From Microcoleus sp. (GTDB lineage Bacteria; Cyanobacteriota; Cyanobacteriia; Cyanobacteriales; Microcoleaceae), in NCBI GenBank assembly GCA_052279835.1, contig CP181291.1, positions 320,001 through 384,000 of the forward strand: a stretch of 64,000 nucleotides of DNA, read 5' to 3'. Of the stretch, positions 52,057-63,512 are shown piece after piece. Each line of letters begins with the position of its first letter. Within the stretch, counting starts at the first letter, position 1. The translations under genes and the position numbers were made by a program. The notes below the pieces were generated by a model. The model was not told the origin of the DNA, did not search any database, and saw only the letters and a program-made list of their open reading frames with translations.

Positions 52057-53460
52057 ATGTTTGTGAACCCTACAATTACAGCCTTAAGTTCTGGGATGGC
52101 ATCCCTAGTGACTCCCCTACCTTTGCTAGCAACCGTCGAAGCCGAATATTCTCCCATCGTCCTCAGCGGAGTTTTACTTAGTTTAGTAGTGATTTATCTC
52201 GCCAGTAAACTAGGTGCAGAAGTAGCTAGAAACTTCGATTTCCCCCCTGTTTTGGGTGAATTAGTCGCAGGGGTAATTGTCGGAGTATCGGCCTTACACC
52301 TCATCGTCTTTCCCGAAGCTGGGCTGTCAGCCTCAGACTCTGGGATTATGAGTGTTCTGCAATTAATTAATCATCTCTCCCCAGCCGCCCTCACCAGTAT
52401 CTTTGAATCCCAGAGTGAAGTCATTTCAGTGTTAGCTGAATTGGGTGTAATTATTCTGTTGTTTGAAATTGGTCTAGAATCGGACCTCAGACAACTTAAG
52501 GAAGTCGGAATTCAAGCTGTTGTTGTCGCCTGTTTTGGCGTGGCAGTTCCCTTTGCCGCTGGTACTGCGGGCTTGATGATTTTCTTCCATACTGCGGCGA
52601 TTCCAGCGATTTTTGCCGGGGCCGCTTTGACGGCAACTAGCATTGGCATTACCTCGAAAGTTTTGTCGGAATTAGGACAACTGAAATCTAAAGAAGGTCA
52701 AATAATTGTCGGTGCGGCGGTGATTGATGATGTGCTAGGAATTATTGTCCTAGCTGTTGTTGCTAGCTTAGCTAAAACTGGTGAAATTGATGTGGTTAAT
52801 GTCATTTATTTGATTGTCAGTGCCACTGCTTTTCTGCTAGGTTCCATTCTGTTGGGTGGTTTGTTCAACAAAACCTTTACTGGGGTTGTAGAGACACTCA
52901 AAACTCGTGGCAATATTGTGATTCCGGCATTTACTTTTGCCTACTTCATGGCATTTCTGGGTAATGCAATCCATCTGGAAGCGATTTTGGGTGCGTTTGC
53001 TGCGGGCTTGGTTTTGGATGAAAGCGATGCACGCAATGAGTTGGATGAGTTGGTGAAACCTATCGCCGATTTATTTGTTCCCGTCTTTTTTGTGACGGTG
53101 GGAGCACGGGCGGATTTGGGAGTTTTGAACCCCACAGTGCCGGATAATCGGGCGGGACTTTTGATTGCTGTTTTCTTGATTTTGGTGGCGATTATTGGCA
53201 AGCTAGTTACAGGCTGGGTGGTTTTTGGTCAGCCGGGAATTAATCGATTGGCGATCGGAGTTGGGATGATTCCTCGTGGTGAAGTCGGGTTAGTTTTTGC
53301 CGGCATTGGTTCGGCGAGTGGGGTTCTTGATAAACCATTGGAAGTGTCGATTATTATCATGGTGATTCTAACAACATTTTTAGCCCCGCCATTTCTGCGG
53401 ATTGCTTTTGGTGATTCCGTGGAACCGCCTGGGGAGGGGGAACCTTCTAAGGTCATATAG
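52057..53460 (+). CDS. CPA2 cation:proton antiporter
   Basis: ATSIGIT, AAVIDDVLG, GMIPRGEVGL. Confidence 0.92.
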   Translation: MFVNPTITALSSGMASLVTPLPLLATVEAEYSPIVLSGVLLSLVVIYLASKLGAEVARNFDFPPVLGELVAGVIVGVSALHLIVFPEAGLSASDSGIMSVLQLINHLSPAALTSIFESQSEVISVLAELGVIILLFEIGLESDLRQLKEVGIQAVVVACFGVAVPFAAGTAGLMIFFHTAAIPAIFAGAALTATSIGITSKVLSELGQLKSKEGQIIVGAAVIDDVLGIIVLAVVASLAKTGEIDVVNVIYLIVSATAFLLGSILLGGLFNKTFTGVVETLKTRGNIVIPAFTFAYFMAFLGNAIHLEAILGAFAAGLVLDESDARNELDELVKPIADLFVPVFFVTVGARADLGVLNPTVPDNRAGLLIAVFLILVAIIGKLVTGWVVFGQPGINRLAIGVGMIPRGEVGLVFAGIGSASGVLDKPLEVSIIIMVILTTFLAPPFLRIAFGDSVEPPGEGEPSKVI

Positions 53461-53789
53461 GACTTAAGGACTCCGACAAAGAAACCGGGTTTTTATTAAA
53501 TTTGTGGACCGGAACGAAGTATTTTGGTAAAAAACCCGGTTTCTCGACTTCATAAGTAGAAGGAAGAAGGAAGAAGACTTATGCAGTCAGCTTTTCGGTC
53601 ATCCGTATTTTACGTTTAATTAAGTGGATTTACTTATCAATTCCGATTCTACCGAATTTGATATTATAGCAATCGCCTTAACAGCCTTGGCGATTCCTAT
53701 ACCAGAGCCCCGACTTCTTTAAGAAGTCGGGGCTCCCTAGCAACCGTCTTGGCTGTCGCTATATTTGCCACAAATTAAACACAGTAGTT

Positions 53790-54794
53790 TCAATCCGGTG
53801 GTACTGAATTTTCTTCCCTAGAACCTCCCTCAGTTAATGTTGACGCAGCCTGAGATTTTTCTCCGATAATTTCATGATTTTTATCCTCCAATGAATTCGA
53901 CTGTTTCTCCCCTTTAATTTCAAATTGCCGATTTTTCAACTTAACTTTACCAGCCGAACTTTTAGCCTGAATTTTCTCGCCCACACCTTTAGTCTTAACT
54001 TCCCCTTTAGCACCTTTTGACTTAACCTTCACTCCAAAACCTTGAGATTTATTGCCTTTAGCCGCTGGGGATTTTTCTTCCGTTGCAGGCTTCTTAAACT
54101 CCTCGTCTAACTGGTCTAAAATTTCCTCTTGTTCGGGAGTATGTTCCGCTGCTTCCTCTACATTTCGGGGATTGTATTCATCCACCAACCGGGCTAACAA
54201 TTCCGAAATTGACATACCGGCTGCGGCTGCTTTTTTAGATAAAAGAGCGTAGGTGTCGGTTTTAATCTTAATTTGTTTGAGCCGCAGTTCGGGATTGTTA
54301 TCAACCGTTTCGCTAATAGTAACTGCGGTAATCTTTTCCTTTGGCACTACATCCACAACTTCTTGCCATTTATCCTCCAAAGGACAGTCGCCATATTGGT
54401 CAGTGACTGCGTGTTTAAACAAGGGGACAACCTGAGCAACACAACTAGGTAAAATCTCAAATCCGGCTTTAATTAAGCGGAGACAAATTCCCGCTGCTTT
54501 GATGATTTGTGTACAGTAAAAATATTGTCTACCTAATGCTTGTTCGCAGTAATTTTTAAACGTTTTGAACTGGTTTTTATACAATCGCAATCTGCGGATT
54601 GCATCCAGCATGATTCCTTGGCGCACGTAGTCTAGGAATCCCCTTTTTATTTCGCCAGTTAAGTAGTCTAAATCGTGAAAAGGTGATTGATTCTGGATTT
54701 CTTCTTCAAAGTCTAGAAGCGGGCCTGCAAAGTGAAAGTTGAAGGCGACATCGCCTACATAAAAGTTGTCAGTAGATGTGGGCATAATCGGCAA
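53790..54794 (-). CDS. Hypothetical protein with an RHH-like segment and Lys-rich tail
   Basis: 334-aa ORF containing QIKIKTDTYALLSKKAAAAGMSISELLARL. Confidence 0.6.
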   Translation of the reverse strand: MPIMPTSTDNFYVGDVAFNFHFAGPLLDFEEEIQNQSPFHDLDYLTGEIKRGFLDYVRQGIMLDAIRRLRLYKNQFKTFKNYCEQALGRQYFYCTQIIKAAGICLRLIKAGFEILPSCVAQVVPLFKHAVTDQYGDCPLEDKWQEVVDVVPKEKITAVTISETVDNNPELRLKQIKIKTDTYALLSKKAAAAGMSISELLARLVDEYNPRNVEEAAEHTPEQEEILDQLDEEFKKPATEEKSPAAKGNKSQGFGVKVKSKGAKGEVKTKGVGEKIQAKSSAGKVKLKNRQFEIKGEKQSNSLEDKNHEIIGEKSQAASTLTEGGSREENSVPPD

Positions 54795-55995
54795 TAGTTC
54801 TAGGAAGTGAAGAATATCACAGAATTAGTGCGATCGCCAAGCACAGAAAAGTCTTTGTCTTAATGTTTAATACTTTGATACAATGTTGATTTTGGCTTTA
54901 AGGGCTATCCAGGTTTTACCTAACCACTTAAGCCCACCAAATAGTGACTGATATCAAATCCGATCGCCCTCGCACTTGCAATAAGTCTTAACTTGTTAGA
55001 AGCCGTTAAAACTTCATTTTCAACTGGTAACAACTGTCAGCCAGTTGCATCAGTTCGCCCAGGCCCCAAGTCTCCCGATCGTTCAAAAGTTCCGTTAGTT
55101 GCTTCGGGATGGCTTCTAGACCCAGAAATGCCCCGCTGATGGCACAAGCCATTGCTGCGGTGGTATCCACATCGCCACCGACGGCGATGCTAGTACACAG
55201 AGTCTCCCAGTAATCTTGAGGGGTTCTCAAAAACGCATATAAACTCCACAAGACGCTACCTACGACAAAGGGTGAAATTCCTTGCCAAGAATGCTGGTAG
55301 TTTAACGGTAGTCCAGCTTTAGAAATCAGCTCTACCGCTGATTCTGGGGGCAATTGGACCCACTCAATCAAATCTTTCAGCAAAGCGGCAAAGGAAGAAT
55401 CAACTTCTGCTACCCAGTCGCTCAGTTGGCCCAGAAATGGCTCAGTTTCAATAATCTCAGATTGAAGGGCGATCGCCACAGCCCCGGCGATCGCCACAGC
55501 ACCCGCAGAACACCGCGAATCTTGATGGGTGATGCGCCCTTGATCGCAAGCAGCTTGTATGAGCTGAGACGGGCGATCGTAAAATATTAAGCCGATCGGT
55601 CCTGCCCTCATAGCACTACCATTACCAGCACTGGGAGCAGGAGTGCCAGCTTCTTGCCAAGCAACGCCCCGAATCAGGCGGTTTGCAGCTTCTTCAGTCG
55701 ATCGACCGCGCCCGACAATGCGCTCTTGAGCGAAAATTTCAGCAATACGGGCGGCATAGTCGCTGGGGTCGAATTCGCCACAAGCGAGATAGCTTTGAAG
55801 CAGTTTCGCGGGCGAGTTGGGAATCGTCGGTGTATTGACCAAAAGGAAAGCCGAAGCGATCGCGATCTTTGATTTTTTTAAGTCTAACTTCGTAGCTGAC
55901 AAAGTTTTGGCAAACTTCGGGAGGATAGCCTTCTACTCTACAGCCTACAGCGTCGCCAAGGCACTGACCGATCAAGCAGCCTCTAAATTGTTCTA

Positions 55996-57245
55996 TAGCC
56001 TTTCTCAGATAGATGAGGTGCAATAACAGCAGTGAGTAAACCAATTCCACAGGTCTTGCTCATCAATTTGCTCAAATGCGCTTACTATCGCCGAGTCTAA
56101 TGCTTGATAGGTTCTCGCACCAAAAGTACGGAGAAGATACTTCAGCTTTGACCATACATTTTCAATTGGCGAAAAGTCGGGAGAATACGGGGGTAAAAAT
56201 ATTAACTTTGCTCCCGCTTTCTTAATGGCTTTTTCTATTTCTTCCCCTTTGTGAATACTATAGTTGTCCATCAATACACAAGCACCTTTCCAGAGTTTTG
56301 GCACAAGTTTTCTGATGATAAAAGCCTCAAAAGTAATCCCATCTATTGAGCCTAATAAATTCACTGATGTCAGCAGTTTTTTGACAGATATTGCTCCCAA
56401 TATCGAGACATTTTTGCCACGTCTATTTGGTTTAGGCCCAAGGGCTCTTGAGCCTTTTAACGACCGGGCATATAATCTAACCATAGCTAGATTAACCCCC
56501 GACTCATCAATAAATATTAAATTATTCATATTCAGATTTCGGATTTGCTGCCAGAACTCATATCGAAGGTTTTGAACTCTGTCACTGCCTTTAGCTGAGG
56601 GGAAGAGAGTTTTTTTTTTGTAAGTTATGTTCAACCGTTGTGCCATTCTTCCCATTGTAGCCCTACTGATATTTACGCCGATTTTTTGCTCGAGTAAATG
56701 ACAGAGTTCTTCGAGGGTGGCATCGTTATTTTTTTCAATTAATTCCGCTAAAATAACCAGTTGTTCAGGTTTGAGTTTAAGTAGGCCCCCGCATCGATGA
56801 GTTTGAGGGGCAATACTTTGGGTTTGGCGATACTGTTTAAGCAATTTTTGAACGAAGCTAGTCGCCACACAAAACCGCTTGGCTATTTGTCTTTGTGAGA
56901 TGGGCTCACTATGGTAAACATTAATTATTTTTTGTCGAAAGTCAATAGAATAAGATTTCATTTTTAGTAAGGTGTGATGCTTTTTACAATCAGGGAATAG
57001 CTGTGACCCGATCGACTGCTTTTGGCGATCGACTGCTGTGACCCGATCGACTGCTTTTGGCGATCGACTGCTTTTGGCGATCGACTGCTGTGACCCGATC
57101 GACTGCTGTGACCCGATCGACTGCTGTGACCCGATCGGGGCTTCAATCACAAGATTGAATTAGAGCTGTGCGATCTTTTTGAACTAAATATTTTCCACTC
57201 TGTTCTTGTCAGTTACATTGTATCTCATCTACCTGAGAAAGGCTA
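55996..57245 (-). mobile_element. IS630-family insertion sequence, copy 2 (1250 bp)
   Basis: Same TIRs, length and transposase sequence as copy 1; TA at 55994-55995 and 57246-57247. Confidence 0.95.
56005..56961 (-). CDS. IS630 transposase
   Basis: Translation identical to 2706-3662. Confidence 0.93.
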   Translation of the reverse strand: MKSYSIDFRQKIINVYHSEPISQRQIAKRFCVATSFVQKLLKQYRQTQSIAPQTHRCGGLLKLKPEQLVILAELIEKNNDATLEELCHLLEQKIGVNISRATMGRMAQRLNITYKKKTLFPSAKGSDRVQNLRYEFWQQIRNLNMNNLIFIDESGVNLAMVRLYARSLKGSRALGPKPNRRGKNVSILGAISVKKLLTSVNLLGSIDGITFEAFIIRKLVPKLWKGACVLMDNYSIHKGEEIEKAIKKAGAKLIFLPPYSPDFSPIENVWSKLKYLLRTFGARTYQALDSAIVSAFEQIDEQDLWNWFTHCCYCTSSI

Positions 57246-57379
57246 TAGACGCGGTACAATCATTTATCTGGCTTTAAGTACGTTTATCCAATCTTATGTT
57301 AAATCCCCGACTTTTGTAAGAAGTCTGGGGTCTGGGTATTCTATTTTTTATTTCCCATAATATCTGGAGCAATATAACT

Positions 57380-60271
57380 ATGTCCCGCCTATTTCCCACT
57401 CTATTTTTTACTTTATTCTTACTATTTCCCACTGCGACAATTGCTCAAATTATCCCCGATCGCACTTTGGGAACAGAAAACTCCCGCACAGTCTCCGATA
57501 CCATCAATAACCTACCATCGGACCGCATCGAAGGCGGGGCAACTCGCGGCCCCAACTTATTTCACAGTTTCCGCGAATTCAACGTCGGTGAAGGCAGAGG
57601 AGCATATTTTGCCAATCCTAACGGCATTCTTAATATTTTCAGCCGCATCACAGGTGGGAATCCTGCCAATATTTTAGGAACGTTAGGAGTACAAGGAAAA
57701 GCCAACTTATTTTTAATCAATCCGAAAGGGATTGTCTTTGGTCCCAATGCACGGTTAGATTTACGCGGGTCATTTATCGGTGCAACTGCTGATAGTATTA
57801 TTTTTAATAATGGGTTTGAATTTAGCAGCACGAATCCCCAAGCAGTACCATTGTTAGCGATTAATATTCCTGTGGGTTTGAGATTTCGAGACAATCCCGG
57901 TGCGATCGTCAACTCTTCTCAAGCGATCGGTCCCACGCCAACCTTACCGCCACTACCGATAGAGGTTCCTGTTTCTAACAAACTGGGTTTAGCAGTAGAC
58001 CCAGGTCAAACTTTAGGACTAATTGGCGGAGATATTCAACTAAACGGCGGCAATTTAACAGCTTATACTGGACAAATTCTGCTGGGTAGCGTCAAGAGTC
58101 AAGGTTTAGTACAATTTGAACCTACAGCTTTAGGTCTGAATTTAAACTACAGTAACATTCAGAACTTCGGCAATATTGAAATGAACGGTGCAGTTATAAA
58201 TACCAGCGGATTAGGAGGTGGCAAGGTTGATATCAGAGGTGGAAATATGACTCTCAACAGTTCGGGAATTTATGGACTGACACTAGGAAATATGGACGGC
58301 AGAGGCATCGACATCAATGCCCAAAACTTGCGAGTACAAGAGGGGTCACAAATTTTCACCACGACACTGGGAGAGGGGAAAGGGAGCAATATCAACATCC
58401 ACGCTACTGACTCAGTAGAAATGTTCGGGTTGGGAATTGAGGGCTATCAGCAGCTTACAGAAAATTTTCAGACATCTGGAACAGGCAACCCCTTTGTTTC
58501 GCAAATTGTTCTGTTCACTAGCACTATTGGCAGTGGAGCCGCAGGAGACATTAACATTGAAGCCGGACGGCTGTTGATGAGCAATGGGGTAGTGGCCGGT
58601 GCCCCCACCTTTGGTGCTGGGAATGGCGGAAATCTGACTATCCGCGCCAACAACGTCGAACTCGTTAGTTCGACGCTCTATAACGGCACAACGAACGCAA
58701 CCACTGGTCAAGGTGGAAACATTACTGTTGAAGCCCAACGGTTAATACTGCGCGATGGCGGTGCTTTTGCCAGCTTCAGTCTTAGTGATGGAGCATCGGG
58801 GAATATCGCGATTAAAGCGAGTGAATCTGTGGAATTGTCGGGGAGTCTCCCTGTAGGTTTAGGGCAAACTAGGCTCGGTACGAATACTTTTGAGGGGAAT
58901 GGAAAAGGTGGGGATATTAGCATCGAAACTAAACGGCTGACTGTTTCTAATGGAGCCACAATTAGTTTAACTACGGGTGCTATTTTTGGCGAAGTCGTGT
59001 TTTATACAAGTGGGGGGACGGGAGGAAATTTAACTGTGAGAGCCTCCGAGTCTATAGAAGTAAGCGGCGAGTCAAGATTTTTGGGGAATGCGGGCTATGT
59101 AGCAAGTTCTTTTGTTACTCAAACTGCAAGTTCTGGTAGAGGTGGAGATATCCGCCTCTCAACACCTAAACTAACTGTGCAGAATGGCGGCGTTATTTCT
59201 GCGGCTTCTTTGGGTATAGCAGATGCCGGAGATATTACAATTAATGCCGATCGCTTAGAAGTGCAAGGTATGGGGAGTAACAGTCGGTTGAGGAGTGCAA
59301 TTGAGGCCTCGGCTGGTAGGGCGTTTAATGCTATCAATTCCACTGCTAGCGGAAATGCAGGCTCGTTGAATTTGAATGCTAGTCAATTGATCCTTCGGGA
59401 TAGTGCAGTGGTTAATGTTCAATCTTCAGGAACAGGTAGGGCTGGCAATATTAACGTTGTAGCTAACTCGAGCGCCCTTGACAACAAAGCCAGCATTGAT
59501 GGTACAACTGTATCCGGTACGGGAGCAAATATTAACCTCCAAGCGCGATCCATCCAGTTGCGCCGCGGCAGCAGAATTACCACTGATGCAGGTATTTCTG
59601 ACGGTGGAAACATCAGAATTAATAGCGATATTTTGGTAGCTCTACCGCGAGAAAACAGCGACATTACAGCCAACGCTCGCACAGCTAGGGGCGGACAAGT
59701 TGCGGTTAATGTCCCGAATATCTTTGGCTTTACTACCATTAACCGAGAACAAGCTAGAAACACTTTAGGACTGAATGATGCGGAATTTGCCAATTTACAA
59801 GTAAATCCCACATCTTTAATTCCCACTAGCGATATCGCCGCCATTTCTCAACAAGCTGGCCCAGATTTACAAGGTGCAGTAACATTTAGCACTGCTGGTG
59901 TAAATCCCGCTCAAGGGTTAGTAGAACTACCTCAAAATGTTGTCGAGCCGGCTGCGTTAATTGTGGCTAATCCCTGCATACAAGGAGCGGGAAGTGAGTT
60001 TACTATCACTGGTAAAGGAGGAGTACCAGCCAACCCTAGTGATGTGCTTAATAGCGATTCTACCCAGTTTAGTTGGGTGGAACCACCCAGAGGTGAAAGC
60101 CAGAATCTACAGGGTAAAAAAGCGGAAATAAAAATGTCACCACCAGCAGTTATTCCTGCTCAAGGTTGGATGATGGACGATCGAGGGCAAGTGACGCTGG
60201 TAGCATCTAATTCAATGGCTCAAGTTCCGCAGCGCCAGAGGCGAACTTTGCCTGTTTGCCCCGAACGCTGA
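57380..60271 (+). CDS. Filamentous haemagglutinin N-terminal domain (TpsA-like) protein, copy 1
   Basis: Signal peptide, NLFHSFREFNV, LINPKGI, Gly/Asn-rich beta-helix repeats, PAQGW tail. Confidence 0.92.
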   Translation: MSRLFPTLFFTLFLLFPTATIAQIIPDRTLGTENSRTVSDTINNLPSDRIEGGATRGPNLFHSFREFNVGEGRGAYFANPNGILNIFSRITGGNPANILGTLGVQGKANLFLINPKGIVFGPNARLDLRGSFIGATADSIIFNNGFEFSSTNPQAVPLLAINIPVGLRFRDNPGAIVNSSQAIGPTPTLPPLPIEVPVSNKLGLAVDPGQTLGLIGGDIQLNGGNLTAYTGQILLGSVKSQGLVQFEPTALGLNLNYSNIQNFGNIEMNGAVINTSGLGGGKVDIRGGNMTLNSSGIYGLTLGNMDGRGIDINAQNLRVQEGSQIFTTTLGEGKGSNINIHATDSVEMFGLGIEGYQQLTENFQTSGTGNPFVSQIVLFTSTIGSGAAGDINIEAGRLLMSNGVVAGAPTFGAGNGGNLTIRANNVELVSSTLYNGTTNATTGQGGNITVEAQRLILRDGGAFASFSLSDGASGNIAIKASESVELSGSLPVGLGQTRLGTNTFEGNGKGGDISIETKRLTVSNGATISLTTGAIFGEVVFYTSGGTGGNLTVRASESIEVSGESRFLGNAGYVASSFVTQTASSGRGGDIRLSTPKLTVQNGGVISAASLGIADAGDITINADRLEVQGMGSNSRLRSAIEASAGRAFNAINSTASGNAGSLNLNASQLILRDSAVVNVQSSGTGRAGNINVVANSSALDNKASIDGTTVSGTGANINLQARSIQLRRGSRITTDAGISDGGNIRINSDILVALPRENSDITANARTARGGQVAVNVPNIFGFTTINREQARNTLGLNDAEFANLQVNPTSLIPTSDIAAISQQAGPDLQGAVTFSTAGVNPAQGLVELPQNVVEPAALIVANPCIQGAGSEFTITGKGGVPANPSDVLNSDSTQFSWVEPPRGESQNLQGKKAEIKMSPPAVIPAQGWMMDDRGQVTLVASNSMAQVPQRQRRTLPVCPER

Positions 60272-60450
60272 AATGGGTTTGATTTCAAATCCGTTGGTAT
60301 CGTCCTCTACTCATCTCCACGCGGTACAATCATTTATCTGGTTTTAAGTACGTCGCTCCAATCTTATGTTAAATCCCCCACTTGTTTAATAATTCCGTGA
60401 TTTGAGTGTTATATTTTTTTAGTTAAAATACTATCTAGAGAAGTTCAACT

Positions 60451-63340
60451 ATGTCCCCACTATCCTTCACTCTCTTGTTTGCTTTCTTATTACTATTTCC
60501 CACTGCGACAATTGCTCAAATTATCCCCGATCGCACTTTGGGAACAGAAAACTCCCGCACAGTCTCCGACACCATCAATAACCTACCATCGGACCGCATC
60601 GAAGGCGGGGCAACTCGCGGCCCCAACTTATTTCACAGTTTCCGCGAATTCAACGTCGGTGAAGGCAGAGGAGCATATTTTGCCAATCCTAACGGCATTC
60701 TTAATATTTTCAGCCGCATCACAGGTGGGAATCCTGCCAATATTTTAGGAACGTTAGGAGTACAAGGAAAAGCCAACTTATTTTTAATCAATCCGAAAGG
60801 GATTGTCTTTGGTCCCAATGCACGGTTAGATTTACGCGGGTCATTTATCGGTGCAACTGCTGATAGTATTATTTTTAATAATGGGTTTGAATTTAGCAGC
60901 ACGAATCCCCAAGCAGTACCATTGTTAGCGATTAATATTCCTGTGGGTTTGAGATTTCGAGATAATCCCGGCACAATTGTCAACTCTTCTCAAGCGATCG
61001 GTCCCACGCCGACCTTACCGCCACTACCGATAGAGGTTCCTGTTTCTAACAAACTGGGTTTAGCAGTAGACCCAGGTCAAACTTTAGGACTAATTGGCGG
61101 AGATATTCAACTAAACGGCGGCAATTTAACAGCTTATACTGGACAAATTCTGCTGGGTAGCGTCAAGAGTCAAGGTTTAGTACAATTTGAACCTACAGCT
61201 TTAGGTCTGAATTTAAACTACAGTAACATTCAGAACTTCGGCAATATTGAAATGAACGGTGCGTTGATAAATACCAGCGGATTAGGAGGTGGCAAGATTG
61301 ATATTCGAGGTGGAAACGTCACCGTCAGCAGTTCGGGAATTTATGGACTGACGCTGGGAAATATAGATGGTAGAGGGATGGACATCAACGCCCAAAAATT
61401 GCGAGTAGATAGAGGCTCGCAAATTCTCACCGCCACATTGGGAGATGGCAAAGGGAGCGATATCAACATCCGTGCTACTGACTCAGTAGAACTCAGTGGG
61501 ATTGGATTTGATAGCTTTCAAAGATTTGTTCTTCAGTTTGCAAGAAGTGGTTCGAGCGACTCCTTAGATCGGCAAATTCTTTTAAGTAGTGGCACTACTG
61601 GTAGTGGATCAGCGGGAGGAATCACAATTGATACCGGGCGACTGCTGATAGAAAATGGGAGTGTCATAGTTAGTTCTACCCTTGGTTTCTGGTAATGGCG
61701 GAAATATGACTATCCGTGCCAGAGTTTTCGATCTGGTTGGTTCTGGAATCAACAGCGGGCCAATTAAAGGGAGTACAGGCGCTGGAGGAAATATAACCTT
61801 TGAGGGAGAAAGGTTAATCGTGCGCGATGGCGCTGCTTTGACCACTCAGACCCGTAGCGATACACCTTCAGGAGATATCAACATTAAAGCATCTGAATCA
61901 GTAGAAATATTACGTACACCTGATGGAAATATCCAGCCAAATTTCATCGGTACGACCACGATCGGTCAGAATGGAAAAGCCGGGGACATTAATATCGACA
62001 CGAAGCGGTTGATTGTTTCTGATGGCGGTGGAATTAGTGCGGGGACAGGTGCAATTGTTGCTAACCCATTGTTTGGATCGAATGGGGGGCTGGGAGGAAA
62101 TATCACAATTAGAAGCTCAGAATCGATAGAAATAGCAGGTATTTCTGGAGTGTTCGCGACTGGGGGTCGGAATGGTAGCTTCATCAACGCTGAAACTTCT
62201 TCCTTTAGTCGCGGAGGAGATATCCGCATTTCTACACCAGTGCTGACTCTGGGGAAAGGGGGGTCTATTTCTACGTCATCTTTAGGCTCCGCAGATGCAG
62301 GGAATATTAGGATTGATGCAGCACGGATAGAAATTCTGGGTAATAATTCCAGTGGATTTAACAGTCAAATTCTGGCTTCTGTTGGTATTACTCCAAGTTT
62401 TATTAATCCCAATGCTAAGGCGAATGCCGGTTCACTGAATCTGAATACTAATCAGTTGGTTCTTCGCAACGGATCGACGCTTGGTGTACGGAGTTTTGGT
62501 TCGGGGCGTGCAGGTAATATTAATATTGTAGCTGACTCGATCGCCCTTGACAACAAAGCCAGCATTGATGGTACAACTGTATCTGGTACGGGAGCAAATA
62601 TTAACCTCCAAGCGCGAGATATCCAGTTGCGGCGCGGCAGCAGAATTACAACGGATGCTGGTATTTCTGATGGTGGAAATATCAGAATTAATAGCGATAT
62701 TTTGGTAGCTCTACCGCGAGAAAATAGCGACATTACAGCTAATGCTCGCACAGCTAGGGGCGGACAAGTTGTGGTTAATGTCCCGAATATCTTTGGCTTT
62801 ACTACCATTAACCGAGAACAAGCTAGAAACACTTTAGGACTGAATGATGCGGAATTTGCCAATTTACAAGTAAATCCAACATCTTTAATTCCCACTAGCG
62901 ATATCGCCGCCATTTCTCAACAGGCTGGCCCAGATTTACAAGGTGCGGTAACATTTAGCACTGCTGGTGTAAATCCCGCTCAAGGGTTAGTAGAACTACC
63001 TCAAAATGTTGTCGAGCCGGCTGCGTTAATTGTGGCTAATCCCTGCACAGAAGGAGCGGGAAGTGAGTTTACTATCACTGGTAAAGGAGGAGTACCAGCC
63101 AACCCTAGTGATGTGCTTAATAGCGATTCTACCCAGTTTAGTTGGGTGGAACCACCCAGAGGTGAAAGCCAGAATCTACAGGGTAAAAAAGCGGAAATAA
63201 AAATGCCACCACCAGCAGTTATTCCTGCTCAAGGTTGGGTGATGGATGCTCAAGGGCAAGTTACCCTGGTAGCATCTAATTCAATCGCTCAAGTTCCACA
63301 GCGCCAGAGGCGAACTTTGCCTGTTTGCCCGGAACGCTGA
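60451..63340 (+). CDS. Filamentous haemagglutinin-like protein, copy 2; +1 frameshift at 61686-61688
   Basis: The two ORF pieces join as STLG-SGNGG if one T is removed, giving 962 aa versus 963 aa for copy 1. Confidence 0.88.
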
Positions 63341-63512
63341 AATTAGGTCGATATCAAATCCGTTGGTATCTTCCTCTACTCATCTCCCTCTTCTCGGACT
63401 CTGCGGCCTCTGTGGTCTCTGCGGTTTAATCATTCCGAAACAACCAGAACGTGAAAGGACACGGCAATGCCGTGTCCCCACAAATCTCACCCGAAATTAA
63501 CCAGGTTGGCGA

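Larger units (their letters stand above)
55006..57263 (-). pseudogene. ADP-ribosylglycohydrolase, interrupted by IS630 at codon 6; also +1 frameshift at 55804-55806
   Basis: Rejoined start MIVPRLEQFRGCLIGQCLGDAVG; motifs YTDD, GNGSAMR, THQD and GGDVDT. Confidence 0.88.
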
